From: Pseudactinotalea sp. HY158
Lineage (GTDB): Bacteria > Actinomycetota > Actinomycetes > Actinomycetales > Beutenbergiaceae
DNA: 24,000 nucleotides
Assembly: GCF_009660225.1 (NCBI RefSeq)
Contig: NZ_CP045920.1
Coordinates: 2,406,079-2,430,078 of the forward strand
Reading direction: 5' to 3'
How positions within the stretch are numbered: position 1 is the first letter of the stretch; each line of letters opens with the position of its first letter. The position numbers and the translations under genes were made by a program. Below are positions 1 to 7,862 of this stretch, piece after piece. Under the pieces are notes generated by a model. That model saw only the letters and a list, made by a program, of their open reading frames with translations, made no database searches and was not told the DNA's origin.

Positions 1-522
1 CTGCCCCGGCCGGATCTGCTCCGACTGAACCGCACCCGGCAGCACCGCACCCGGCAGCACCGCACCCGGCAGCACCGCACCGGGCAGCGCCGGCCCCGGC
101 AGCGCCGGAAGCACGGGCACCTGCGGCTGCACCGGGGTGAGCCAGTCGTGCACGCCGTCGAGCAGCACGAGATCCGGCACGCAGCCGGCCCCGCACACCT
201 GCGCCAGCGCCCGGTGCCCGGCCAGGCGCAGCGCCGCGATGATGCCGTACGCGTCGATCTCGGCCGGGCTCGCGTGCCCGACCGCGCCGGCCACGCACCA
301 GCGGCGGATCGGATCCAACAGTCGCATCCGGGCCTCGGGGGTGAGGAGCTTGGAATCGCGCAGCCCGGCCGGCAGCCGCCCGGTCGAGCCGTCCACGACC
401 ACGACCCCGACGCTCACCGGCCCGGCGAGGGCGCCCCGGCCGACCTCGTCCATGCCTGCGATCCGCGCGTGGGAGGCCAGCAGCTCCTTCTCGAGCGTGC
501 GCGTGGGGGCGGATGCGGGCAT
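1..522 (-). CDS. rnhB: Ribonuclease HII (3' end lies outside the window)
   Basis: Minus-strand translation from the ATG at 522 gives [65 protein letters not shown]. This contains the RNase HII DEVGRG..AGPV and DSK motifs. It follows lepB as in conserved actinobacterial synteny. Confidence 0.93.
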   Translation of the reverse strand, partial: MPASAPTRTLEKELLASHARIAGMDEVGRGALAGPVSVGVVVVDGSTGRLPAGLRDSKLLTPEARMRLLDPIRRWCVAGAVGHASPAEIDAYGIIAALRLAGHRALAQVCGAGCVPDLVLLDGVHDWLTPVQPQVPVLPALPGPALPGAVLPGAVLPGAVLPGAVQSEQIRPGQ

Positions 523-544
523 GGCTCCTACGGTAACGCGGGCC

Positions 545-1456
545 TCAGTCGCCCGCGGTCTCCTGGTCCGGAGCCGGTTCCCGGGTGCCGGGATCGGGCA
601 CGTCGGCGAACGTCTCGCCCGAGCGTCCGATCATGCCGAGCCGGTCGAGCGGCCACACCCGCACCCAGGCGGTGCCCACAACGTTGTCGATCGGCACGAA
701 GCCCCCGCCGACCGCGCCCTGGGAGTACCGCGAATCCTGCGACCTGGGGCGGTTGTCACCCATGACCCACAGGTGTTCGGCGGGCACGGTCTCGTCGAAG
801 GTCTTCTCGCTCGGCACCGCGCCCGGCTTGATGTACGGCTCGTCCAGGGGCGCGCCGTTGACGGTCACGCGGCCCTGGTCGTCACAGCAGGCCACCTCGT
901 CGCCGGGCAGGCCGATGACCCGCTTGATGAGGTGCTCGCCGGCGTCCGCGGGCAGCAGGCCCACCCACGTGAGCACCTGCTGGACCACGGTCGGCTCCTC
1001 GTAGTGCGGCCGCAGCCAGCCGCCCGGGTCCACGAACACCACGACGTCGCCGCGTTGGATGTCGAGCGGGCCGGGCCGGAGCTTGTTCACGATGAGGCGG
1101 TCGTCAACCTTGAGCGTGTCCTCCATCGACTCGCTCGGGATGTAGAACGCCTGAGCGAAGAAGGTCTTGATCACGAGGGAGATGACGAGCGCGGCGACCA
1201 CCACGATCGCGGCCTCGCGCAGGAACCCGAGCACGCCCTGACTCTGCGCACCCGGCCGACCCGAGGCCGTGCCGCCACGTCGCTGCGCGGGAGGCTCCGT
1301 CGTCCCCGATCGACCGACGATCACCTGTCGGGGTCGGTCGGCCGGCGGGAGCCGATGCGGATCCGCGGGCGGGAACGACGGCGGCCGGGAGGGGACGCCG
1401 TCCCCGATGGGGTCGACATCCTCCTGCCCGGCCGAGTCAGGACCTTCGTAGGTCAA
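545..1456 (-). CDS. lepB: Signal peptidase I
   Basis: The protein contains a TM segment ([23 protein letters not shown]), [34 protein letters not shown] and [12 protein letters not shown]. The track ORF runs to 1678 but overlaps rplS out of frame. The proposed start is the TTG at 1454-1456, just after the rplS stop; the start is uncertain. Confidence 0.93.
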   Translation of the reverse strand: MTYEGPDSAGQEDVDPIGDGVPSRPPSFPPADPHRLPPADRPRQVIVGRSGTTEPPAQRRGGTASGRPGAQSQGVLGFLREAAIVVVAALVISLVIKTFFAQAFYIPSESMEDTLKVDDRLIVNKLRPGPLDIQRGDVVVFVDPGGWLRPHYEEPTVVQQVLTWVGLLPADAGEHLIKRVIGLPGDEVACCDDQGRVTVNGAPLDEPYIKPGAVPSEKTFDETVPAEHLWVMGDNRPRSQDSRYSQGAVGGGFVPIDNVVGTAWVRVWPLDRLGMIGRSGETFADVPDPGTREPAPDQETAGD

Positions 1457-1457
1457 C

Positions 1458-1808
1458 TCAGTTCGCGGTCTCGCGCAGTTCCTTGACGCGGGTCGCCTTG
1501 CCCTTGCGATCGCGCAGGTAGTACAGCTTCGCGCGGCGCACGTCACCGCGGGTGACGACCTCGATCTTGTCGACCGTGGGCGAGTGCAGCGGGAACACAC
1601 GCTCGACGCCGACACCGAAGGAGAACTTGCGCACGCGGCACGTCTCCCGCAGGCCACTGCCCTGGCGCCCGAGCACAACGCCCTGGAAGATCTGCACGCG
1701 CGAGCGGCTGCCTTCCACGATGTTCACGTGCACCTTGACCGTGTCACCGGCCCGGAACTGCGGGATCTCCTTGAGGGAGCCCGCGTCGATCGAATCCAGT
1801 TTCTGCAT
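1458..1808 (-). CDS. rplS: 50S ribosomal protein L19
   Basis: 116 aa [110 protein letters not shown], a canonical L19 sequence. Confidence 0.98.
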   Translation of the reverse strand: MQKLDSIDAGSLKEIPQFRAGDTVKVHVNIVEGSRSRVQIFQGVVLGRQGSGLRETCRVRKFSFGVGVERVFPLHSPTVDKIEVVTRGDVRRAKLYYLRDRKGKATRVKELRETAN

Positions 1809-1955
1809 GGTGTGCCTTCCCGCGCTTGCCTCGGGTCAAGAGCGAATGTTCGGGCGGTGGTTCCGCCGTGATCAGGGTGGGCCGGTGATCGTGTGGATGG
1901 TCGCTCCCCCGCGGCAGAGCGAACCGGCGGCTCACCGGGCCGTCGCTGAAGTTTG

Positions 1956-3287
1956 TCACACCCCGGGCCGCGGTGGAAATCCATCCGGGTCGAGCGTGCG
2001 CTCCATCACGTAGTCGTCCTCGACGCGCGCGCCGACGGTGAACGTGCGCTCCCCCGCGACGGCGAATGAATGACGCCGGTAGAAGGCCTGGGCGCGGGCG
2101 TTGCGTTGGTTCACGCCGAGCCACAGGCGGGCCATCCCGGCCGCGGCGGCGCCCTCGATCGCGGCCTCGAGCAGCCGGTCCGCGACGCCGCTGCCGTGGT
2201 GCTCGGGCAGCACGTAGACCTTGTTCAGGTCGCCGACCCGGCCGGCCGGCCCACTCGGCCCAGTGGACCCGGTCAACACAGTGGGCGCGAGGGGGCCCCG
2301 GTGGTCGAGCACGACCATCGCGTAGCCCACGACGGCCCCGGCGACCTCGGCGAGCCAGAGCTGTCGCCGCCGCGCCTTGGCCCAGCCCCGGAACGCGGCC
2401 GCGGTCAGGTTCTCCGCAACGAAGGCCGCCGCCTCCGCGGGCGGGAATCCGGGCGGGCAGGCGAGCGGGAAGGTGCGGGCCGCGACGTCGGCAAGGTCGG
2501 CGGCGTCGGAGAGCCGGGCGCGGCGCACGCTCACCTCGTGGGCGGCCAGGAGGTCGGGGCGGACGGCGGCCGTGCGGGCCACGGCCCGGGCGCGCCGCCA
2601 CCGCTCGATCCGGCCGTGGTCGCCGGAGCGCAACACCGCGGGGATGTCGAGTCCGCGCCACTGCGCCGGGGCCGTGTACACGGGGTACTCGAGCAGGCCC
2701 GCCCGGCCGTGCGACTCCTCCACGAGCGAGTGCGGGTTACCCACGACCCCGGGCAGGAGGCGCCCGATCGCCTCGATCATCACGACCGCGGCGACCTCGC
2801 CCCCGTTGAGCACGTAGTCGCCGATCGACAGCTCCCGCACGCGCACCCCCGCCGCGGCGTAGTGGGCGCCCACGCGGGCGTCGATGCCCTCGTACCGGCC
2901 GCAGGCCACGATCAGGTGGGCCCCGCCGGCGATCTCGGCGGCGATCTCCCCGGCGATCCGCTGGGTGAACGGCTCCCCCGCCGGGGTGGGCACGACGAGG
3001 GTCGCCGGCGCGCCCGGGTCCGAGCCTGTGAGGAGGTCGTCGATCGCGCGCCCCCAGACGTCGGGGCGCATGACCATGCCCGCACCGCCGCCGGCCGGGG
3101 TGTCGTCGACGGTCCGGTGCCGGTCCGTGGTCCAGTCCCGCAGATCATGGACGCCGACCCGCAGGTCTCCCTGCGCGCGCGCCTTCCCCAGGAGCGAGAG
3201 CTCGAGCACGTCGAGGAACGCCGGGAAGATCGACACGATGTCGATCTTCCCGGCGTTCGGGCCGTCCGGTTGCCGCGCCTCGGTCAC
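1956..3287 (-). CDS. trmD: tRNA (guanine37-N1)-methyltransferase fused to a C-terminal GNAT-like acetyltransferase domain
   Basis: 443 aa. Residues about 14-250 are TrmD ([67 protein letters not shown]). Residues about 252-443 are GNAT-like ([70 protein letters not shown]). GTG start overlaps the rimM stop. Confidence 0.92.
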   Translation of the reverse strand: MTEARQPDGPNAGKIDIVSIFPAFLDVLELSLLGKARAQGDLRVGVHDLRDWTTDRHRTVDDTPAGGGAGMVMRPDVWGRAIDDLLTGSDPGAPATLVVPTPAGEPFTQRIAGEIAAEIAGGAHLIVACGRYEGIDARVGAHYAAAGVRVRELSIGDYVLNGGEVAAVVMIEAIGRLLPGVVGNPHSLVEESHGRAGLLEYPVYTAPAQWRGLDIPAVLRSGDHGRIERWRRARAVARTAAVRPDLLAAHEVSVRRARLSDAADLADVAARTFPLACPPGFPPAEAAAFVAENLTAAAFRGWAKARRRQLWLAEVAGAVVGYAMVVLDHRGPLAPTVLTGSTGPSGPAGRVGDLNKVYVLPEHHGSGVADRLLEAAIEGAAAAGMARLWLGVNQRNARAQAFYRRHSFAVAGERTFTVGARVEDDYVMERTLDPDGFPPRPGV

Positions 3288-3874
3288 GGGCGCTCGTCCG
3301 TGTCGGTGGTGTCAGCTCTGTCGGCTGTGTCGCCGGGGTCGGCAGTATCGGCAGTATCGGCACTGTCGTCGGCATCACCGGCGAGCAGACCCGCCGGCGG
3401 GTCGATCACGACCCGCCCGCCGGGAACGTCGACCACGGGCACGATGGCGGCGACGAACGGCACGAGCGTGCGCGCCCCGGAGGTTTCGGCGAGCACGAGC
3501 ACGTCGTGGGCCGGGTAGTACTCGAGCCCACGGATCTGGCCGAGCACCCGGCCGGTGGGATCCTCCGCCCGCAGCCCGGCGAGCTCGTGCGGGTACCACG
3601 CGTCGGGTTCACTCTCGGGCTCGGTCAGGAGCTCGACGCCCCGGAGGCCCTCGACCGCAGTGCGGTCCTCGTAGCCCTCGAAGCTCGCGTACCAGTGGGA
3701 TTCGCGCCGCAGCAGTGCGGCGATCGTGAGCGGGCCGGCCGCGCTCGTCAGCGTCGTGCCCACCGCGAGCCGCTCGGTCGGGCGGTCGGTGTGCAGGCGC
3801 AGCCGTGCGAGCCCGCGCAGCCCGTTCGGGGCGCCGATCGTGGCGATCCGCAGCAGCATCGGTTCCTCAGTCAC
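3284..3874 (-). CDS. rimM: Ribosome maturation factor RimM
   Basis: [39 protein letters not shown]... with PRC-barrel-like [32 protein letters not shown]. It sits between the KH protein gene and trmD. The GTG start at 3874 has GGAAGG upstream. Confidence 0.93.
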   Translation of the reverse strand: MTEEPMLLRIATIGAPNGLRGLARLRLHTDRPTERLAVGTTLTSAAGPLTIAALLRRESHWYASFEGYEDRTAVEGLRGVELLTEPESEPDAWYPHELAGLRAEDPTGRVLGQIRGLEYYPAHDVLVLAETSGARTLVPFVAAIVPVVDVPGGRVVIDPPAGLLAGDADDSADTADTADPGDTADRADTTDTDERP

Positions 3875-3899
3875 CGCCGGCGATTCCTTCCGCTCATGC

Positions 3900-3933
3900 G
3901 AACGGGCCCGCACTGTGCAATGCGGGCCCGTTC
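3900..3933 (-). terminator. Perfect 13-bp GC-rich hairpin between the KH gene and rimM (terminator or attenuator-like)
   Basis: gaacgggcccgca-ctgtgcaa-tgcgggcccgttc: 13 bp perfect stem, 8-nt loop, 10 bp after the KH gene stop, no U tract. Confidence 0.55.
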
Positions 3934-3943
3934 ACGGCTGATC

Positions 3944-4183
3944 TCAACGACGATCGACGTCCACCACGTCGACCCGCACGGGGCCGTCGGTGGAGAGCGC
4001 GTTCATCACGGTCCGCAGCGCTCGCGCGGTGCGGCCCGAACGGCCGATGACCCGACCGAGATCGTCGGGGTGGACCCGGACCTCGAGCAGGTCCCCGCGG
4101 CGCAGCGACCGCGCGGTGACCTGGACGTCGTCGGGCTTGTCGACGATCCCGCGCACCAGGTGGTCGAGCGCGTCGGTGAGCAT
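3944..4183 (-). CDS. khpA: KH-domain RNA-binding protein (KhpA/YlqC family)
   Basis: [79 protein letters not shown] (79 aa), with the KH GRVIGRSGRTARALR motif. The start shares 1 nt with the rpsP stop. Confidence 0.93.
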   Translation of the reverse strand: MLTDALDHLVRGIVDKPDDVQVTARSLRRGDLLEVRVHPDDLGRVIGRSGRTARALRTVMNALSTDGPVRVDVVDVDRR

Positions 4184-4626
4184 CAGTCCTCGCTGTTCGA
4201 GGTGTCCGCGGACTCGTCGGCGGGGGCCTCGGCAGCCTTGGCCGCGGCGGCGGCCTTGGCCTCGGAGGCCCGGGCCTTGCGCAGTTCGGCGTCCGCCTCG
4301 GCGGCCTTGACGGCCTCGGCCGGGTCGCCCTTCTCGGCCTTGACCGTCAGGGTGCCCTCGGTGCCGGGCAGGCCCTTGTGGGTCTGCCAGTCGCCGGTCA
4401 CCTTGAGGAGTGCGAGCACCTGCTCGGTGGGCTGTGCGCCCACGCCGAGCCAGTACTGCGCGCGCTCCCGGTCGATGTCGATGAGCGAGGGCTCCTCGGT
4501 CGGGTGGTACTTGCCGATCTCCTCGATCACGCGACCGTCGCGCTTGGTGCGCGAGTCGGCGACGACGACACGGTAGTAGGGCGCCCGGATCTTGCCGAGA
4601 CGCTTCAAACGGATCTTGACAGCCAC
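4183..4626 (-). CDS. rpsP: 30S ribosomal protein S16
   Basis: [46 protein letters not shown], plus an Ala/Glu-rich C-terminal extension typical of actinobacteria. The start is GTG at 4626 (AGGAG upstream); the alternative start is 4638. Confidence 0.97.
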   Translation of the reverse strand: MAVKIRLKRLGKIRAPYYRVVVADSRTKRDGRVIEEIGKYHPTEEPSLIDIDRERAQYWLGVGAQPTEQVLALLKVTGDWQTHKGLPGTEGTLTVKAEKGDPAEAVKAAEADAELRKARASEAKAAAAAKAAEAPADESADTSNSED

Positions 4627-4902
4627 GTGTTGGCTCACTCCTGGTTCGTGGGGGGTGAATACCGCCGCCTGCAGGTGGGGCCAACCGGCGGACGATCTTC
4701 GTGGACGCGTGTCGCATCAGTGAGAGGGCTGAGTGCACACGGGTACAGCGGGTTAGTCTGCCAGATGCCGGGGGCCTGCTGCCACTCGGCCCCTCCCGCG
4801 GGACTGTGGCGCGGGTCACAGGCGGCGACCTCGCGCGGGCAGATGGCCCAGGTGTCCGGCGCCACGGGGCCCGCGCCGGGGCCATCCAGACGAGCGAACG
4901 GG

Positions 4903-6051
4903 TCAGGTCGCGGCGCGTGAAGTGTTCAGCCATGCGCGCTCAGTCGAGTCGTCGTAGAGAACGACATGCACAGACTCGGCGGCGTCGGAGGGGTCATCCA
5001 ACCCGGCCGCGCTGAAGAACTTCTCTCGAACTTCACCCTGCGTCAGAACTGAGGAGCCACCGTTGAACCAGTAGATGATCAACTCTGGTCGATACTCGAA
5101 CCGTTCGTCATCCGTGGAACGCTCTCGCCCAAGCGACTCCGCGATGTGCCGCCACCACCAGCGATCAGATTCGCCGAGCGAACAGCCGAAGATGATGTAG
5201 AGCTCCGTGTCAGCGAAGAGGTGCTTGTAGCGGCGCTCGTTCTGCGCCCAGAACGGCTTCGCGAGCCGCAAACCGCGGTCCTGATTGCCGGCCGTTCGCA
5301 CGGGCTCATCGATCCCGAACAGGAGTGATCGCGGAATGCTCTGGTGCCCGTGCGGGTGAACAACGTCGGTCATGACGTAGGAGGAGAACGTGTCTCCCGG
5401 CCGAACGTGGGCGTTCGCCACCTCGGACGGGTTGCCCTTGAAGACGAAGTTGCGATCGACCGTCCGGTACGGGAGTGGATCGAACTGCTTCTGATCCAGG
5501 TAGACGAAGTCATCAAGCAACGGCGTGTAGTTGAAGTTGACGAACAGGAAGTTGTACACGTCGAAGTTCTGCACGCGCCCTGGAAACCCCATGCGGCGAT
5601 AGACCTCGGGCTCGAGGTCGCCGAGGAAGCCGCTGAGGGACCCCACCGCCAACGATCGGTCCATCGAGTCCGATCCCAAGGCCGTGAGCAGGTCGCTCGG
5701 AACTGCGAGACTCAGGAACTCCGAGAACTCACCCTGCATGTCCCGGAGGGCCTGCGAAAGGTCAGTCGCGCGCCAAGGGTCCCGCGCCAACAGGTCGGCA
5801 ACGACGCCTTCGACGTCACTCCAGTCCTCCTTCCCTTCTTCGCGGAGCTTCTCCATCTCCTGAAGGATCGGATTCCCCTCATCGAATGAACGAAGCTTCA
5901 GGAAGTGATAGAAGCTGACGTACCTCGTGTCGACAGCCGAGCCGTAGTCGGATAGAGCCTGAACGTCGAACCCGTTGCCGACGAAAGCGATGATGTTGTG
6001 CTGGTTGCCTGGACTGTCGAAGCCCGAGGCCCGGTACTCGCGATGGCCCAT
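4903..6051 (-). CDS. abiH: AbiH-family (abortive infection) protein
   Basis: 382 aa. N-terminal NIIAFVGNGFDVQ matches the AbiH GNGFD signature. Also present are WSDVEGVVADLL, FLFVNFNYTPLLD, DVVHPHGH and ELYIIFGCSLGESDRWWWRHI (matching the GhSLgxxD motif). A 3-bp gap separates it from the upstream toxin gene. Confidence 0.82.
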   Translation of the reverse strand: MGHREYRASGFDSPGNQHNIIAFVGNGFDVQALSDYGSAVDTRYVSFYHFLKLRSFDEGNPILQEMEKLREEGKEDWSDVEGVVADLLARDPWRATDLSQALRDMQGEFSEFLSLAVPSDLLTALGSDSMDRSLAVGSLSGFLGDLEPEVYRRMGFPGRVQNFDVYNFLFVNFNYTPLLDDFVYLDQKQFDPLPYRTVDRNFVFKGNPSEVANAHVRPGDTFSSYVMTDVVHPHGHQSIPRSLLFGIDEPVRTAGNQDRGLRLAKPFWAQNERRYKHLFADTELYIIFGCSLGESDRWWWRHIAESLGRERSTDDERFEYRPELIIYWFNGGSSVLTQGEVREKFFSAAGLDDPSDAAESVHVVLYDDSTERAWLNTSRAAT

Positions 6052-6054
6052 CTT

Positions 6055-6939
6055 CTAACCCCGACGCTCATCGGGGCACGGAACAACAACGCAGTCGGTC
6101 AAGGTATCCCTCCACAACTCGAAGACATGGTCCATCTCGGCCGGATCGACGAACGTGTCGAACGTCGACTTGGCGCGCTCGACGTTCACTCGGTCGCGGA
6201 GGACCCCGGCCGTCCACTCGATGCTCTGGCGGACGTCCGCCCCGACCTCGGCGTGGTCGGCGAACTCGGCGATCACCCGGGCCGTGTCGACCGGATCGGC
6301 CACGGCCATGAGCCGCCATAGGTCGCCGAGGTCCTTGTCGCGGACCTGCCCCGTGCGCGGCGCCCGCAGCCGTTCTCCGATCTTGGAGCCCTTTGCGAGG
6401 ATCAGCGCAGGGACCTCGGCCACGTTGACCCGCGCCGACAGTCGCGCGTCGGCGAGGTCGGTGATCGTCAGGGGTGATCGATTGAAGGCCGCAAGCTCTA
6501 GACCCAAGGCGTTTCCGACCGCGAGCTTGCCGTGCGCTGGTTGCAGAGCGGGCACCCCCCGCCTGGTCCGGCTCGCCGTGCCCGACAAGCCGTGCGGCGC
6601 GAGCAGGTCGATCTTCTCCCGGAACGCCCGCGTCCCGTCCGGCTCGTCGTACGACTCTCGCCCCCACAGTCCCGGCCGCGCCGTGGTGCGATGTTCGTAG
6701 CCGGCTTCGGCCAGCAGTGCCTCGATGCTGGGCACATCGCCGACCAACCCCGGCGTGACGCCGAGGTCGCCGTCTCCGGTCGGCATCCTCGGCACGTCGA
6801 GGTCCATCGTGCGCAAGAGGACGGCGTGGGCTCCGACCAACGTCAGCGATTCGGCATGGGCCGCAAGGACACCGACGACGTTGATGATCGCACGGCGGCT
6901 CCACTCGATCTCGGTGCGCGGCGCCTTGAGGTCCCTCAT
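6055..6939 (-). CDS. Nucleotidyltransferase-fold toxin, AbiEii/MenT-like
   Basis: 294 aa. LTLVGAHAVLLRTMDLDVPRMPTGDGDLGVTP resembles the GxxAv...R.T.DiDl nucleotidyltransferase core, with a further acidic site in AFREKIDLLAP. The ATG overlaps the upstream regulator's stop (ATGA), as in type IV TA pairs. Confidence 0.7.
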   Translation of the reverse strand: MRDLKAPRTEIEWSRRAIINVVGVLAAHAESLTLVGAHAVLLRTMDLDVPRMPTGDGDLGVTPGLVGDVPSIEALLAEAGYEHRTTARPGLWGRESYDEPDGTRAFREKIDLLAPHGLSGTASRTRRGVPALQPAHGKLAVGNALGLELAAFNRSPLTITDLADARLSARVNVAEVPALILAKGSKIGERLRAPRTGQVRDKDLGDLWRLMAVADPVDTARVIAEFADHAEVGADVRQSIEWTAGVLRDRVNVERAKSTFDTFVDPAEMDHVFELWRDTLTDCVVVPCPDERRG

Positions 6940-7697
6940 GCCACTCGCCGCCCCAGCAGGATGTCGGCCTGTTCGGCCATGCGGTCGATGCCGCCGTAGG
7001 CGTCGATGACGACCTGGTCGCGTGCCACCACCGTGACGTCATCGATCGTGGTGCGCCCGAGCTCACACACCCCGTCGAACGGGATCAGGGTGACGCGCAT
7101 GCCGAAGGAGACCGGGTCTTTGCGCACCAGGCCCGCAGTCTGGGCTGCGCGTTCGACGTCCTCGACGTAGAGGACCGGCCATGCCTCGCCCGCGCTGGAG
7201 CGATAGAGGTTCGCAGCGGCATCGCCGGTCACGGCGTAGTCCACGCCTGCGGGGCCCAAGGCATCGGCAAGCTCGAATGCGGTCGCGCCGGCCTTGAAAC
7301 CGACCGCTCCGGCCCGACGAGTCAGCCGAGCGGCGCGCCCCGCCCGAAACAGGAGATCGGCTTCTTTGCCGGCGACCGTCCGGCCGCGGTCATCGATGAG
7401 CCCGATCCGCGCCCAGCGCTGCCGCCAGGCGTCGACGGCCGGCGTCATCTCGATGCCCAACGTGGGATCGAAGGCCAACCGGGCGGCTGCGATCGCCCCG
7501 ACGTCGGCGGCACCGGTGAATCCGATCGGCTCCCCCAGGACCGTCAGGATCTCCTGAGCCAGATCGAACGACGGGCTGACCGCACCGGACTCGATCCGGG
7601 TCACCGTCGTCGGGGCAACGTCGACCAACGCCGCGAGTTGTCGAGCACTGAGCCCGTTCACGCGACGCAGCATCGAGATGCGCTCCGCAAGGTCCAC
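6936..7697 (-). CDS. XRE-family HTH protein with an AbiEi-like C-terminal region, putative cognate antitoxin/autorepressor
   Basis: 253 aa. N-terminal Cro/C1-type HTH MDLAERISMLRRVNGLSARQLAALVDVAPTTVTRIESGAVSPSFDLAQEILTVLG. C-terminal VDYAVTGDAAANLYR...WPVLYVEDVERAAQTAGL..VTLIPFDGV...VTVVARDQVVIDAYGGIDRMAEQADILL resembles AbiEi antitoxin C-termini. Confidence 0.7.
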   Translation of the reverse strand: MDLAERISMLRRVNGLSARQLAALVDVAPTTVTRIESGAVSPSFDLAQEILTVLGEPIGFTGAADVGAIAAARLAFDPTLGIEMTPAVDAWRQRWARIGLIDDRGRTVAGKEADLLFRAGRAARLTRRAGAVGFKAGATAFELADALGPAGVDYAVTGDAAANLYRSSAGEAWPVLYVEDVERAAQTAGLVRKDPVSFGMRVTLIPFDGVCELGRTTIDDVTVVARDQVVIDAYGGIDRMAEQADILLGRRVA

Positions 7698-7703
7698 GAG
7701 CCA

Positions 7704-7731
7704 AGCCTACAGCGGCGTTGCAAATACGCAA
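7704..7731 (-). promoter_or_regulatory. Candidate sigma70-type promoter of the cassette
   Basis: Minus strand TTGCGT (7731-7726), 16-bp spacer, TAGGCT (7709-7704). The predicted TSS falls on the GTG start codon at 7697, giving a leaderless mRNA. Confidence 0.45.
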
Positions 7732-7732
7732 C
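7717..7732. promoter_or_regulatory. Inverted-repeat operator candidate overlapping the -35 element
   Basis: gttgc-aaatac-gcaac: imperfect 16-bp palindrome 19 bp upstream of the XRE regulator start. Confidence 0.4.
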
Positions 7733-7862
7733 ATAGTCGAAGGGTCCGGGGCTCTTCGCTGTTGACGGTCTGCGGGTCGTCGGCACGCTCCGGGCCGTAC
7801 ACACCGTCCTGATAGGCCTCACGTTGTGTTCTCGCTGAACATCACGAAGCTCTCGAAGAACG

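Noticed and set aside
137-1486. Plus-strand 449-aa ORF
   Set aside because: Antisense to rnhB and lepB, both with clear family motifs. The Arg/Pro/Ala/Gly/His-rich composition is typical of shadow ORFs in high-GC DNA.
1744-2661. Minus-strand 305-aa ORF over the trmD 3' half
   Set aside because: Out of frame with the trmD-GNAT ORF. The Arg/Gly/Pro-rich sequence lacks motifs, and the GNAT motifs are in the other frame.
4635-4920. Short ORFs in the abiH-rpsP gap
   Set aside because: No start/RBS context, no motif and opposing overlaps. More likely promoter and UTR for rpsP.
3944-4933. 329-aa ORF extending the KH protein upstream through rpsP
   Set aside because: The N-terminal two thirds is an out-of-frame reading of rpsP. 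The 79-aa KH protein from 4183 matches the family length.
6068-7066. Minus-strand 332-aa ORF in a second frame of the toxin gene
   Set aside because: Arg/Gly/Pro-rich and overlaps the nucleotidyltransferase ORF; the latter has recognisable motifs and operon spacing.
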